Positions 11,403 to 22,820 of a stretch of 64,000 nt of DNA are shown here, one piece after another. Every line of letters begins with the position of its first letter. The stretch's first letter is position 1. The stretch lies in contig JBHGNT010000005.1 of the NCBI GenBank assembly GCA_043228905.1, positions 23,870,001-23,934,000 of the forward strand, given 5' to 3'. The notes below the pieces were generated by a model that saw only the letters and a list, made by a program, of their open reading frames with translations, made no database searches and had not been told where the DNA came from. The DNA comes from Azolla caroliniana. Lineage: Eukaryota > Plantae > Polypodiophyta. The position numbers and the translations under genes are program-made.

Positions 11403-12407
11403 CTACCTTCTTGGTCTATGGGGACAGTTTATCGCGATATGCCCTGGTCCACCGCAATAAAGGCATAATCGGTTTGTTCGGCGTCGTTGCTTTTCCTCCT
11501 CCGATAGCGGCCCACGACGACGTGTAGTGTCAATTTCCATTGGAGTTGGAGTACTTACTGGAGGCGCATTATGTGACTCCCTTTGAAAAGGTTTCGCTAC
11601 CACTGAGGCATAGGTAGGCTCGGATCTTGCCCTCGGCATCTGAAATTGTCGTTCCGAACGTCGCTCGAAGAGGCGGTTGTCACATCTGACCGCTCGACTG
11701 ATTGCTTCTGTTAATGATTTTGGCTCTTCAGGGAAAGTCAAGAGTAAATCCTTGACATCGTTGCGTAGACCATAGCGGAACTGCTCCATCAATGCTTGAT
11801 CATCCCAGGGGATATCGGCGGCGAGTAGGCGGAAATCTGCAGCATATGCGGAGGCTGGACGGTCACCTTGGCGTAATCGCCGGATTTTGTTGATTGCAGT
11901 CCTTATGCTGTCAGTATCTCCAAAACATGCTTTAAACTCACTTATGAATTCTTCAAAATTATTTAGTACTGGAGATTCCTTTTCTAGTAGCGGAGCGAAC
12001 CATGCTAATGCTGAGCCATTTAACAACGTGCCTACTAAACCCACTCGTGATGCATCGGTGGGATATCGGGACGGATGCATTTGAATAACTAACCGTACCT
12101 GGTTAAGAAACCCTCTAAACTGCGATCGCGTTCCATCGAACTTCGTGGGAAGGCCAATCTTGGGTTCTTTATGAATCCCTTGTGCTCCGTGCCCTTGTTG
12201 TTGCATTGCTACGATGGTTGCTTCGAGTTGTTGCACGCGTAACGCAAGTTCCCCATGCTGTTGTTGCGTTTGCTGCTTTTCTAAGGAAATTTGCTGAAGA
12301 TCCCCCAACAAGCGTTGATTTTCTTGTTCCAAAGCATGAAACTTCTCTTTCAAGCATTGAAATTCCGAGAAAACAGATTGATACTCTTCAGCGCTAACGG
12401 TGGCCAT
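11403..12407 (-). CDS. gag: Gag (PEG10/sushi-like capsid plus CCHC zinc knuckle)
   Basis: PTKFDGTR, LRQG, PTPMEID and CLYCGGPGHIAINC motifs; N-terminal coiled coil; the frame stays open past the TAG to 11238. Confidence 0.93.
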   Translation of the reverse strand: MATVSAEEYQSVFSEFQCLKEKFHALEQENQRLLGDLQQISLEKQQTQQQHGELALRVQQLEATIVAMQQQGHGAQGIHKEPKIGLPTKFDGTRSQFRGFLNQVRLVIQMHPSRYPTDASRVGLVGTLLNGSALAWFAPLLEKESPVLNNFEEFISEFKACFGDTDSIRTAINKIRRLRQGDRPASAYAADFRLLAADIPWDDQALMEQFRYGLRNDVKDLLLTFPEEPKSLTEAISRAVRCDNRLFERRSERQFQMPRARSEPTYASVVAKPFQRESHNAPPVSTPTPMEIDTTRRRGPLSEEEKQRRRTNRLCLYCGGPGHIAINCPHRPRR

Positions 12408-12481
12408 GGGATGAAGGAAAAGGGAAATAAGAGACTAGTAGGAAAGGAGAGAGACAGAAGGAAGAGGGAGACTAGTAGGGA

Positions 12482-12493
12482 AAATCGGTTCAA
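12482..12493 (-). promoter_or_regulatory. Self-complementary primer binding site (Tf1-like)
   Basis: TTGAACCGATTT, 2 nt after the 5' LTR, is the exact complement of AAATCGGTTCAA at 12730-12741 (minus strand), 33 nt downstream of the TATA box; no TGG tRNA-type PBS. Confidence 0.82.
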
Positions 12494-12495
12494 AC

Positions 12496-12950
12496 TGTCA
12501 GGAACTCTATTAAGGCAGAGAAGGAATTAGTACTAAAAGAAGGATTAGTACTATTGTTGGGGAATAGTACTAAGACAGAGAAGGATTAGTACTATGAGAG
12601 GTGTCGAACTTTGAGAGAAGGAATGAGTGAGTGAGAGAGAGAGAGAGAGAGAGAGAATGATGATGCGAAAGATATATGTATTATATGACGGAAGATATAC
12701 AACAGTAGTTAGAAGGCTTAAGACTGGCGTTGAACCGATTTGGTTCGAACTAATGCCTTGCGCCTCCTTTTATAGTGTCTTCAGGAATACTCCTGAAGTT
12801 TCTAGAATGTTCCAGAGAAATCTGGAATATACATCAATTTCCTAATAAAACCTAAATGAAAATAATATCCTTCAAATTACAACTCATAACCTAATGGTAA
12901 AGTCTCGACCCGTGTAACAAAAGGTTATGGGTTCGAGTCTAGTTATGACA
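12496..12950 (-). repeat. 5' LTR of the chromovirus
   Basis: TATAAAA on the minus strand at 12768-12774; followed by a PBS-position sequence at 12482-12493. Confidence 0.95.
12780..12817. promoter_or_regulatory. Heat-shock element array in the LTR U3 (also 7491-7528)
   Basis: TTCagGAAtaCTCctGAAgtTTCtaGAAtgTTCcaGAG: eight in-phase nGAAn/nTTCn units, six perfect, adjacent to the TATA box. Confidence 0.75.
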
Positions 12951-13173
12951 CCATGCTTTCCACATCTCTTCGATCGAGCCCAATCTTTGCATGAATTCCT
13001 ATCACAACCACAATGTGCACTCTCGATTGCAACATTCATTGGTAAAGTTCTTGAACATCGAGAGTCACTACTCACTTTCACACGTATCACGTGAAATGTA
13101 ATATTTTTGGTCTCATATGTCATATTTGACTTCTAGAGACGATAATATAATCAATCTATCTCTCTCTCTTTTT

Positions 13174-13375
13174 ATTGTAATTAGCTTACCCTATTGGTAA
13201 ATTGTTACCCTACAAGTCAGTATGTCTTAGGTTTGAAACCCAATTTTACTCACCTCTCTATTATGTACTCCATACATATGTCTTAATTCACTAGATGTCA
13301 CTGTGGAATGTAGGGGTTGAACCCATGACCACCTAGTCTCCATTGGGCAACCTTACCAACTGAGCTACATCCATC
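13174..13375 (-). mobile_element. tRNA-derived SINE, copy B (also about 49151-49352)
   Basis: Minus strand GGATGTAGCTCAGTTGGTAAGG...GGGTTCAACCCCTACATTCCA; homologous to 5022-5225; the LINE inserted into its 3' end. Confidence 0.78.
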
Positions 13376-13376
13376 T

Positions 13377-13429
<53 letters not shown>

Positions 13430-13479
13430 AAATAATGACTTTCATTATGAAAGAAAAAAACACCACCATGACTAACTTA

Positions 13480-14640
13480 CTACAAAGTATAAAACCCTTC
13501 TATCAAGGAATCTAAAGAATACTATGACACCAAACTCAATGCCACCCTACACACCAATTCAAATGGCAAGTATGATGATATGTGACCTTGCAGAGTTCTC
13601 TCTCTTCCTGGTTGAGATTTCGTGAGTTCTCTAGCACTGTCAATTGCCACAAAAGAAGTCCTTTTAACTTTAGAACATATTTTCTCACCCCAACTTGCGA
13701 ATAAAAAATGAAGGCATTCCGCATATTCCAATTGAACCATAGCCCCCAATACCTCAAGAACTCAAAAATAATTTGAAAATGAGGCATCGGTTCATTGTTC
13801 TCCTTATGTGCAAAAACCCAACTGAAGGAAGATAGACTTACTCCTGTTAGAGACATCCTGATACACCTTCAAACCATCCTTTCCATCGGGCATGAAATAA
13901 ATCGATGCCTACTATGTTCCAATTCCACTGAACAAAAGAAACACAATCCTTTAGTAATGTTTCTTTTTTTTAATGCATCCCCTAATGGTAAAGCTCCAAC
14001 CATAACTCTCCAAATAAATACCTTGGCTCGTAGCATCAATCGAGAACACCAACTTGCCTTGATCACATGAAACCACCAAGTAATGGGCTTATGAAAACCC
14101 CATATCTTTATAACCTTTTCTTCCAACCACTTATGTTTGTCAATCAACTTGTGATAAGCAACATTTGTTGAGATCATAGTCAATCTCTTATTTCCAACAA
14201 ACCTCCAATCAAACTCTTGAGATCACCCATCTAAATCAGGAATTGGCTCATGCGAAGATAGTATTTGTTGCAACGTATCCCAAATAAAGTTATAACCTTT
14301 TGGAATACGAAATGTTGATCTTATTGTTCGAAAAGCCATTAATCTTCTTTGTGAAACCAACATAGCATCCTTAACTGTTACCAAACACAATCTTGTCATC
14401 TGATTAAATTGAAGGTTAAGAATTTGTTTACCTTCCCACCTCAACAACCTTGATGTTACCAAAACCTCCATTTGTAATGAATTGGCACATCCCCTTTCTT
14501 GTGGGGGATGCCATTCCACAAAATCCAACATACTTTGCCAAGATGTCAACAAATGATTAACTATCATAGACCCTGTACATTTGACATCCCTGTTAGAATT
14601 AATTACATTCTACCAATTCGCTTCAACCTTCATGTTTCCA
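13480..14640 (-). pseudogene. Decayed L1-type LINE ORF2 3' fragment with zf-RVT domain (also about 49440-50600)
   Basis: KVFIWRVMVGALPLGDALKKR...CFFCSVELEHSRHRFISCP; frameshifted and stop-interrupted. Confidence 0.75.
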
Positions 14641-14925
14641 AGACTCTCTCTCTCTATTGGTCTCACCCTTGTTGTCTTCTCGGTCTTGGTCTCGCTCACG
14701 CTTACAACAAAATGTGTTAAGTGTCATTGCATCATGCATGAAATTTTTAACATGTCAAAAAAGTAGACATAAATGATTGCAGAAATTTGTATAATAATTA
14801 TAATAAATGTCATTGCAATAAGTTTAGGAAAAAAACTATTAGAAATAACTTTCCCCCCCCTTTGCTTTCAAATTACAAAAATATATCTTTCTTTAATGAA
14901 CATTAAGACAAATTTGACCTCTATA

Positions 14926-15692
14926 CAATAGACATTTTGTTAAGTGCGCACTTTGAATGCAAGGAAGAAGTGTGCACTTAATCCAGTTGCGCAATTAGGG
15001 GTTTTTGGAAATTTTTAGGGTTTTTTGAAATATTTTCCTTCTGTGCTTTAATCATATAATTCTTGATAAGAAAAGTGATCAATTTGCATGATATAATTTA
15101 CTTGAAACGTTTCTGGTTTTAGCATATATACTCTTCATTTTCTTTCTCGATTCTAGATTACCTTCAATTTTCACCTTTTTGCTACGTTTGAGGAATACAT
15201 ACAATGAAAAGGCTGAATTAAAGTGTAATCCAACGATAATCGAACCATGTCATGCACGTGATATTTTTTGCCCTTCTTTTCTTATTTTCTTTAATCAAGA
15301 ATCTAATCATTGACTCGTAATCGTAAACACACACATAGAACACATGACACACATACACATACACATACACATACATATAAACACAGAAACTCCTTTTGTT
15401 GTTTTCTTAATGTTTGGAATATAGTTTCAATTTGGTTTAATGTAATAAAGAATCTAAATCATAGACTCGTAATCATAAACACACACACACACACGTAGAA
15501 CACATGACACACATACACACAAAAACTCCTTTTGTTGTTTTCTGAATGTTTGGAACATAGTTCAATTTGGTTTAATGTAATTTCGTCATGAAACAAATGT
15601 AATTTTGTTTATCTGGATTTTGACCTCTATAAAAAGCGCACTTAATATAATGGTGCACTTAAGTGGGCACGCACTTAACCGAATGTCTATTG
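14926..15692. mobile_element. Tc1/mariner-type MITE, 767 bp (also 50887-51653)
   Basis: TIR caatagacatt..gttaagtgcg / cgcacttaac..aatgtctattg; TA on both flanks; internal tandem duplication at 15300-15580. Confidence 0.8.
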
Positions 15693-17841
15693 TACCTCTA
15701 ATAGATAAGCCATATCCTTAACCACAAGAATATTTACTTTTACTTATTATAATATCAAACTTAGATAAGTTTTCGAACTATGGATAAACCCCCTCTTTAT
15801 CCACGTGCAATTTGTTTCTTCTGTTCTCTCCTCTCTTTTTCTTCCATAAATGGGTTTATATTAAATGATGGTTCACCTTGACATTTATTTGGTCTATTAA
15901 TATCTCGTTATATACTAAGGATCCGTGCTTCTAGAGCGCCATGCGATTGCCATAGTTCAAAAATCTTGTTCAAGGTGGAATCAAAGAAATTTTCTATTTG
16001 TAAAAAATACAACTAAATTGGGATTGTTGTAGTAATAGGTCCTTGAATCCGCCACGATTGGGAGGATGCCATCGGATGGTCGTTATTGTGAGCCATTAAA
16101 ATATAATGTTTGGCAAAGAAATAAGATGGGGTCAAACAAATAAGCATAACATAATGTTGTGATGTAAATGTATCAATTGGCAAACATGAATCGATATCAT
16201 GATCTCATATCAGTACCCCTCTAGACATATGAGATGAGGTTCAAGATTAGGTAACTATGGTAACACAAAGGTGTTTTAAAAACGATGGGGGCAACAAATG
16301 AATGTCTTTCCCTTATCTCTATATCAACTTTTTTTATGACGACTTCCCGAGGCTTAACCATGTTGGTTCGCCTCATGAATAGTTTATACACAAGAAAATG
16401 TTAAAATTGAACTAAGTCTTTGTGCCCGCCCATGTGGTTTCAGTTCTTTAATTCCTATAATGAGGACCCCGAACTTCACTTAGACCTAAAGTTTAAACAT
16501 GTTTTATAGTTGTATTTATGAATAATATTGTATAGTCTTGGTCATATTTGAGCTCGAATACTCAAGAACAAAGACATTAAACACTTAAGCTACCCAAATG
16601 GCTTAATCATATTGAATGTTAATATGTATACATATGAGAGATATGAGAAGATGTACACGCTTTTTTTTTTTAAAAGAAAAACAAATGATCCACAATCCTT
16701 ATTTCCACCTCATTGCCTACAAAATTATGTTGGTACATTACCCAACCTCAAGTCTTATCATTACAATGGCATACCATAAGGAGCAACCTAATTGTCAAGC
16801 CAATACCAGTCCTCTTTTTCGTAATAGACCCATGTGGCCCATCACATGGTTACTTCATTACAAATGTCTTTGGTAATGAAGGTCTCATTGTGGCCTCATT
16901 ATCATGTAATGAGTATGGCATATTGGATGTACGTTTCATAAGGGCGACCTCGAACAAAGTGGATCAAGCCCGTACGCCTACACACATAATTATGGTCATG
17001 TTTGTTTAATCGTTATGTAAGGAAAAATTGAGGTGACCAAGGGGGATAACAAAAAAAAAATTGTTAAAAAAGGATGGTGATTACACCTTCCCCTCAAAAA
17101 ATGTGAAGACGATCACCAAGATCCTTACCTCAAAACAGACACCATACGACATCTCAATATTATGTAACAAATTCCTAATATATACATGGTATGTTTATGA
17201 CATGTATACGATCACATATGTATACATGTGATCACATATGTATATATAAAAGAATCGTTAACAAAACATAAACCAACAAATGATGTAATTAAGACATGTA
17301 ATCCAAGCATGTAGCCTCTACACACACATAACATCCAAAAAATAAAAGTGAACTTAATATGCAATTGAGGTATTGACCTCTTACGCATACGACACATCGC
17401 ATAACAAATACATGGCAATTGAGGTATTGCGCTCATACGCATAATTGTCCTATCATACCCAAAGTTGTTAATTTTTATCTAATATCCAATTGGTCACCAC
17501 GTCTATATTGTGAATATGTAGTTACAAATGAACCAGCTAAGGTTATTGGGATCAAACCTAGCACAATTCCGGATGTCAACCACTTTTGCGGCGGCGAAGT
17601 ATAAATGGGTTACTATATTTCTTTTGGAGCGTGAGCCAGTTGTACTTCCGGCTACTGGACTTTCATCATCTAGGGTGCAGCACTATGTACATTTTATACG
17701 AACAAACTATGACCAATATAATATAATTGAATGATATACATTTTAACATATCCACTTAAACATGATCGAGAATGGGAGAAGAAAAATTGAATATAAAATT
17801 ATTATTACTCATATAAATAAAAGGAAGTACCGAAGTTCCTT

Positions 17842-18251
17842 TGTTGACGACTTTCTGAAGCAAGCTCGAACAAACAATGATCGATCACCATTAGAAGGAA
17901 ATTAACATCAACAAAGAAACATTAGGAAGTCACTTGAATACCATATGTTAGAGATTATTTCAAATGCAAGCATAAGATAAGGAATTAAATGAAAGAAAAA
18001 CAGGAACTCAGTCACAACCGAGTCAAATGCGGGATAGGGAACACAAGCAGAAATAGAGAGAATAACATAAATGAAAGTGCATAGAATATATCGTGGAAAA
18101 CCCCAACTAGGGTAAAAGCCACGGGTGTCCATAGACACTGAACAAATCAGTATGAGAGAAATATACAATGAACAAGCACACACATGCACCGACCTGAGCT
18201 TGCACACTTCGTTGACTGGCGGTAACAATAGAGAAGCTCTCGCTACCCCTT

Positions 18252-18307
<56 letters not shown>

Positions 18308-18573
18308 ATGGTTACTCTATTGCAGAGGCAACAACCTCGCATGTGTTCTACACAGTTACACAGACCACGCTCAACTAGACAATGAACAAGACGACTCTCT
18401 GCAACTCTTACAATGAACACAGACATCAGGTTTGATCTCGTTATCTTTATACTTAGATAACTTTTGGGCTATTTACATAACTGGCATATTAAGTAGGCTC
18501 GACTAAAAAAAAACCTATTTACATTTTCATTTGTCCTGAATTCGCCAATCCGAAAGGGACCTAATTCTCAACA
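17842..18573 (-). repeat. 3' LTR of a Ty1/Copia element (also 53803-54534)
   Basis: TGTTGA...TCAACA termini; PPT AAGGGGGAGTT directly adjacent at 18574-18584. Confidence 0.8.
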
Positions 18574-21468
18574 AACTCCCCCTTCACTTCGAATGGGACC
18601 TCACTAGTCCAATCTAACTCTGACATGCTTCTAGCCTTTCTTTCGACAACACCTTTGTCAACATGTCAGATCCGTTCTCCGATGTGTGGATCTTCGTCAA
18701 AGCAAACTCCCCTTCTACTACCCGCCCTCGGAGCCAATGGTATCTTCTTTGAATATGCATGGTCCTTGAGTGGTAGGCCGCATTCTTTGCAAGGTGGATG
18801 GCACTTTGGTTGTCGCAGTACAGTCTGAATTCACCTTGTCGACTCCCAGTTGTCCGACAAACTCCCTCATCCATATCATTTCCTTGCCGGCATCGACAAC
18901 TACCATGTACTCAACTTCTGTGGTCGACAATGCCACGGCCTTTTGTAACCTTGACTGCCACAAGACGGCTCCCCCTGGACAAGTCATCACATACCCAGAT
19001 GTGGACTGAGTGGTATCTACATCAACCGACATGTCTAAGTCGGCAAAGCCTTCTAACACGGGGTTACCTTAACCGAATTGAAGACACATGCTCGAGGTGC
19101 CTTTGAGGTACTGAAGTATCCACTTTACTATTGCCCAATGTTCTCTTTCAGGGTTGCTCATGTATCGGTTGACGACTCCGACTACGTATCCAATGGCAAG
19201 CGTGGTACATACCATTGTGTACATCAGGCTTCCGACTGTTGCAGCATATGGCACCTTCATCATCTCAGCTTTCTTCGTCTTCGTCTTTGGACATTGTGTC
19301 GACGATAGCTTACTGTTTGTCGGAAGTGTCGAGCCGACCAATTTCCCGCTTTCCATGTTGCATCTCTAGAGCACCTTTGTCACGTATTTCTCTTATGACA
19401 GCCATAACAATTTCTAAATCCAATCTCAAACAATGTGCATCCCCAAGATTTGTTTTGCCGGACCCATGTCTTTCATTGAGAACGACTTGCTCAAGGCCTT
19501 CTTCAACATTCGTATCTTCATCTGGTCCCGTTCAACAATCAACATGTCGTCCACATATAGCAAGAGAATAAGACAATCTCCTCCCTCGAACTTCTTCACA
19601 AACAAACAATGGTCGGCCTGTGTTTTGTGGTACCCTTGATCGGCCATGAAGGATTCAAACTTCCGGTACCATTGTCGGGGAGCCTGCTTCAGTCCATAAA
19701 GGGTCTTCCTCAACCGACACACTAGGTTCTCCTTTCCTTTCTCGATGAATCCTTCTGGTTGTTGCATGCAGATTTCTTCCTCTAAATCCCCATGCAGAAA
19801 TGTCGTCTTGACATCCATTTGTTCGACTTCTAGATCCATGTTGGCTGCTATGCTTAGTACTGTTCGGATGGATGTCATTTTCACCATCGGGGCAAATATT
19901 TCATCGAAATCCACCCCCTTTTTCTACTGGAAGCCCTTTACGACGATTCAGGCTTTATATCTGGGTCGATTCCCGCCATCTCCCAGCTTCATCTTATACA
20001 CCCACTTGTTTCTGAGTGCCCTCTTTCCTTTTGGCAACTCCATCAGCTCATATGTGTGGTTTTCATGCAGGGAATCCATCTCATCCTACATGGCCCTTAG
20101 CCACTTTCTGTTGTGGGTGTCTTTCTTTGCTTCCTCAAAGCTTTCCGGCTCCCCCTCGTAGGTTAGTAGCACATATTCTTTATCTGAAAATCTTGGGGGG
20201 GGGGGGGGGCGGGGGGGGGCTTCTTTCTCTTAGAGGGTATCGTCTTCCTTTGTTTTCCTCAGTTGGCTCATTGAGATCTTCTTCTTCTCCTTCCACCGGT
20301 TCTTCATCTAGGTTGGAGTTGACTACTTCTTCATCGGATCCGACACCATGTTCGACTCCAACTCCTGATTAGCCTCTGATCGACCCGAATCCTTGTCCGA
20401 GTTCGATCAACTCTCCACGTTCTTCAGTTGATTGTCTTCCGATATTTTAGGAGGATGTGTTCGACCCCGATATGTCTCGGCTTCGAACAACCTTCTTGTC
20501 GACTAAGTCCCATAGTCGGTAGACAAATTCATCATCTCCATAGTAGAGAAATATGCATGGTCGAGATTTTGGATCTAATTTTCTCCTTTGGTCCTTATCC
20601 ACATGCACATAGGCAAGACAACCAAACACCTTTAGATGTCGGTATGACACGTTGTCGTGAAGATTTTCGACAACAGTGTGAAAATCGCATGGAACAAGGA
20701 AAATCGAGAAGGTGTAATGTGCACATGTATGAAAGGAGTGACGGTTACACATGTATGTTAGCACGTTAATGTGCACGTGTGATGTGTGTTTAGGTGTTCA
20801 TTACACAAGATATAAAAATAAACCTAGGGCCTAGTGGCATACAATGAGGTGCAAGTAAGGTTTTGAACCTTACGCCTCGAGGATAGGAAGCAATTGACAT
20901 ACCATTAGGCTAGGTTGTTTTCTTCATTATACTTTTCACATGTAACAACTTGTACATGAGAGCTTGAATGAGAGCCATGGTCATCATGCATCACATGTGA
21001 TGCATGAGCGCCAAATGGCAATCATGCATCACATGCATTTCATGCATTGTATGCATGTCTTACACCCTCCATCCATCATATGCATGGGGTCATCTATATA
21101 AAAGGAAAGGAAGGGAAAAGAAAAGGGGGAGCAATGTATCGAATGAATAATAATAATAATAAATCTTAGTTATCTCATTGGCGATGTGTCTTGTTCCTCA
21201 ATTTTGAAGTCAAAGGTTCAAACCGGGAATTGGAATTCTCGTCTGTATCTATCTATCTTTAATATTTTCTCGTGTGCGCTAGTCCTTCCGGTCCAGAACA
21301 CTAACGGTTCCGCTTCATTGTCTTGAACAATCCATTTGATCCTCCATCACCACTTGCGGATAGAGGCCAGTGCTTGTCTGTGCACGTGTAACACGCACAT
21401 CTCGACGTTTGGCACATGCGTCACGTGCTTCACGACATCTTTGTGGTGCGATAAATATTTTCTCAATA

Positions 21469-21527
<59 letters not shown>

Positions 21528-22659
21528 CAACCCACACAAGCATCTTCGACAACAATAACGACCCGATTCTAAACCTAAACGACGGTCAATTCCTTACAAG
21601 CACAAGTCACCCGATTCATCCTCCTTGGTCAAAGACCCCGGTGGTCCTGTTCGACCGACCCGCAGGCGGATTTCCGCGACAACGTCTTTGCCAATTCACA
21701 CTCTCTATGGGACATCATCGTCCAAGGGTGCCAAGGGTGATTTGTTTATCATGTACACCATTTTCATCAGCGCCACAACCCAAAACATCTTGGACAATTT
21801 TGCATGTGCTAGCATACTTCAAACCCTTTCCATTAATTATGGTTTGGTTCATCCTCTCTGCCAGCCCGTTAAGCTATGGTGTCTTCGGCACGATGTATTC
21901 AAGACGGATTCCTTTCGATCAACAATACTGTTCAAACTATCCTCGGTACTCTCCTCCGTTGTCAGCTCGAACTGCCTTTAGTTGTCGGCCGATCTCCCAT
22001 TCGACTCTCACTTGGAACTCCTTGAAGACGGATAATTCTTGATCCTTCGCCTTCAAGACAGAAACCCACAACTTCCGGCTATAGTCATCTATGAAGGTCA
22101 CAAAGTATTGTGAACTGGCGTGCGACTTAGTGTCGACATAGCATACATCAGTATGCACGAGTTCCAATGGCATTCTTTTCCTTGTCGGGGTTTGGGGTTC
22201 GGGTTCGGAAGGATGTTTTGTTCTGCTTATCGACCAAGCAGTCGATGCACTTCTCCAGTTCCACGTTCTTCACCTTCGGAATGAGGTTATCATCGCAAGT
22301 CTTCCCATCCCCTTCTAGCTCATGTGACACAACCTCTTCTGCCACAGCTCGCCGACAGTGTTGACTGCCACGTTCGCTTCTTCTTGACATATCCGAGCAT
22401 GCATCAAGTACGGAGTGCTGGTTTTCTTAGCTCAGGCCACAATCAGGCTCCCTTTGCTGAACTTCATGACTCTATTCCGGATGCTACCTGTGTAGCCTTC
22501 GTCATCTAGCCGATCGGCTGATACCAGGTTCAGTCGAACATCCTTCAGTACTAGCCGACACCCAGTCGACGTTACTAGAAACACATCACCAATGCCAACG
22601 ATTCGGCATGCTCCTTCATTTCCCATCCTTACAAGACCGTGATCTCTATACCTTGTATG
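18574..22659 (-). mobile_element. Degenerate Ty1/Copia internal region (GAG-pre-integrase, INT, RT, RNase H), 5'-truncated (also 54535-58595)
   Basis: LELVHTDVC, FIDDYSRK, VRADNGGEY, QMDVKTTFLHGDL, LYGLKQAPRQW, LLYVDDML, LYCDNQSAI; many stops and frameshifts. Confidence 0.92.
20653..21681 (+). mobile_element. Solo LTR of the TGTCGTGAAG family nested in the Copia integrase (also 56613-57617)
   Basis: TGTCGTG...CGCGACA termini; 4-bp TSD ACGT; removal restores GKDVSYRHL. Confidence 0.82.
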
Positions 22660-22789
22660 TGTCAGGAGCAGTACTAAGATAGAGAAGTACTGTCAAGAAC
22701 AATACTAAGATAGAGAAGGAATTAGTACTAAAAGATGAAGATTAGTACTAAGGGAGGTGTAGAACTCTCGAGAAAATGAAAGAATGAGT

Positions 22790-22820
<31 letters not shown>

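Larger units (their letters stand above)
7207..12950 (-). mobile_element. Full-length Ty3/Gypsy chromovirus (Tcn1/sushi-like), 5744 bp, very recent insertion
   Basis: Two 455-bp LTRs TGTCA...TGACA; TSD CCATG at 7202-7206 and 12951-12955; gag plus PR-RT-RH-INT-chromodomain; PPT next to 7661; empty site at 48928-48932. Confidence 0.97.
5359..13173 (+). mobile_element. 5'-truncated non-LTR retrotransposon (RTE-X-like), interrupted by a solo LTR and a full chromovirus
   Basis: RT motifs FIDFKKAFD, GVKQGCPLSP, LLYADD, FKYLG; C-terminal RLSSHAL..CTLC..EYHTLIQC zinc finger; (CT)n tail; 14-bp TSD attgtagttagctt (5345-5358) / attgtaattagctt (13174-13187). Confidence 0.85.

Noticed and set aside
5150-13375. 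tRNA genes at 5153-5224, 6527-6600, 7595-7661 and 13303-13375
   Set aside because: A and B boxes are present but no convincing anticodon arm or full cloverleaf; all are embedded in SINEs or LTRs
15700-17840. Short ORFs of 60-100 aa in AT-rich spacer DNA (also 573-800, 2197-2454, 40859-41179)
   Set aside because: No domain motifs, often non-ATG starts, and no coding-like composition
20653-21437. Alternative solo-LTR end at CTTCACGACA (21437), a perfect 10-bp inverted match to the start
   Set aside because: The TSD and the Copia reading frame are restored only with the end at 21681
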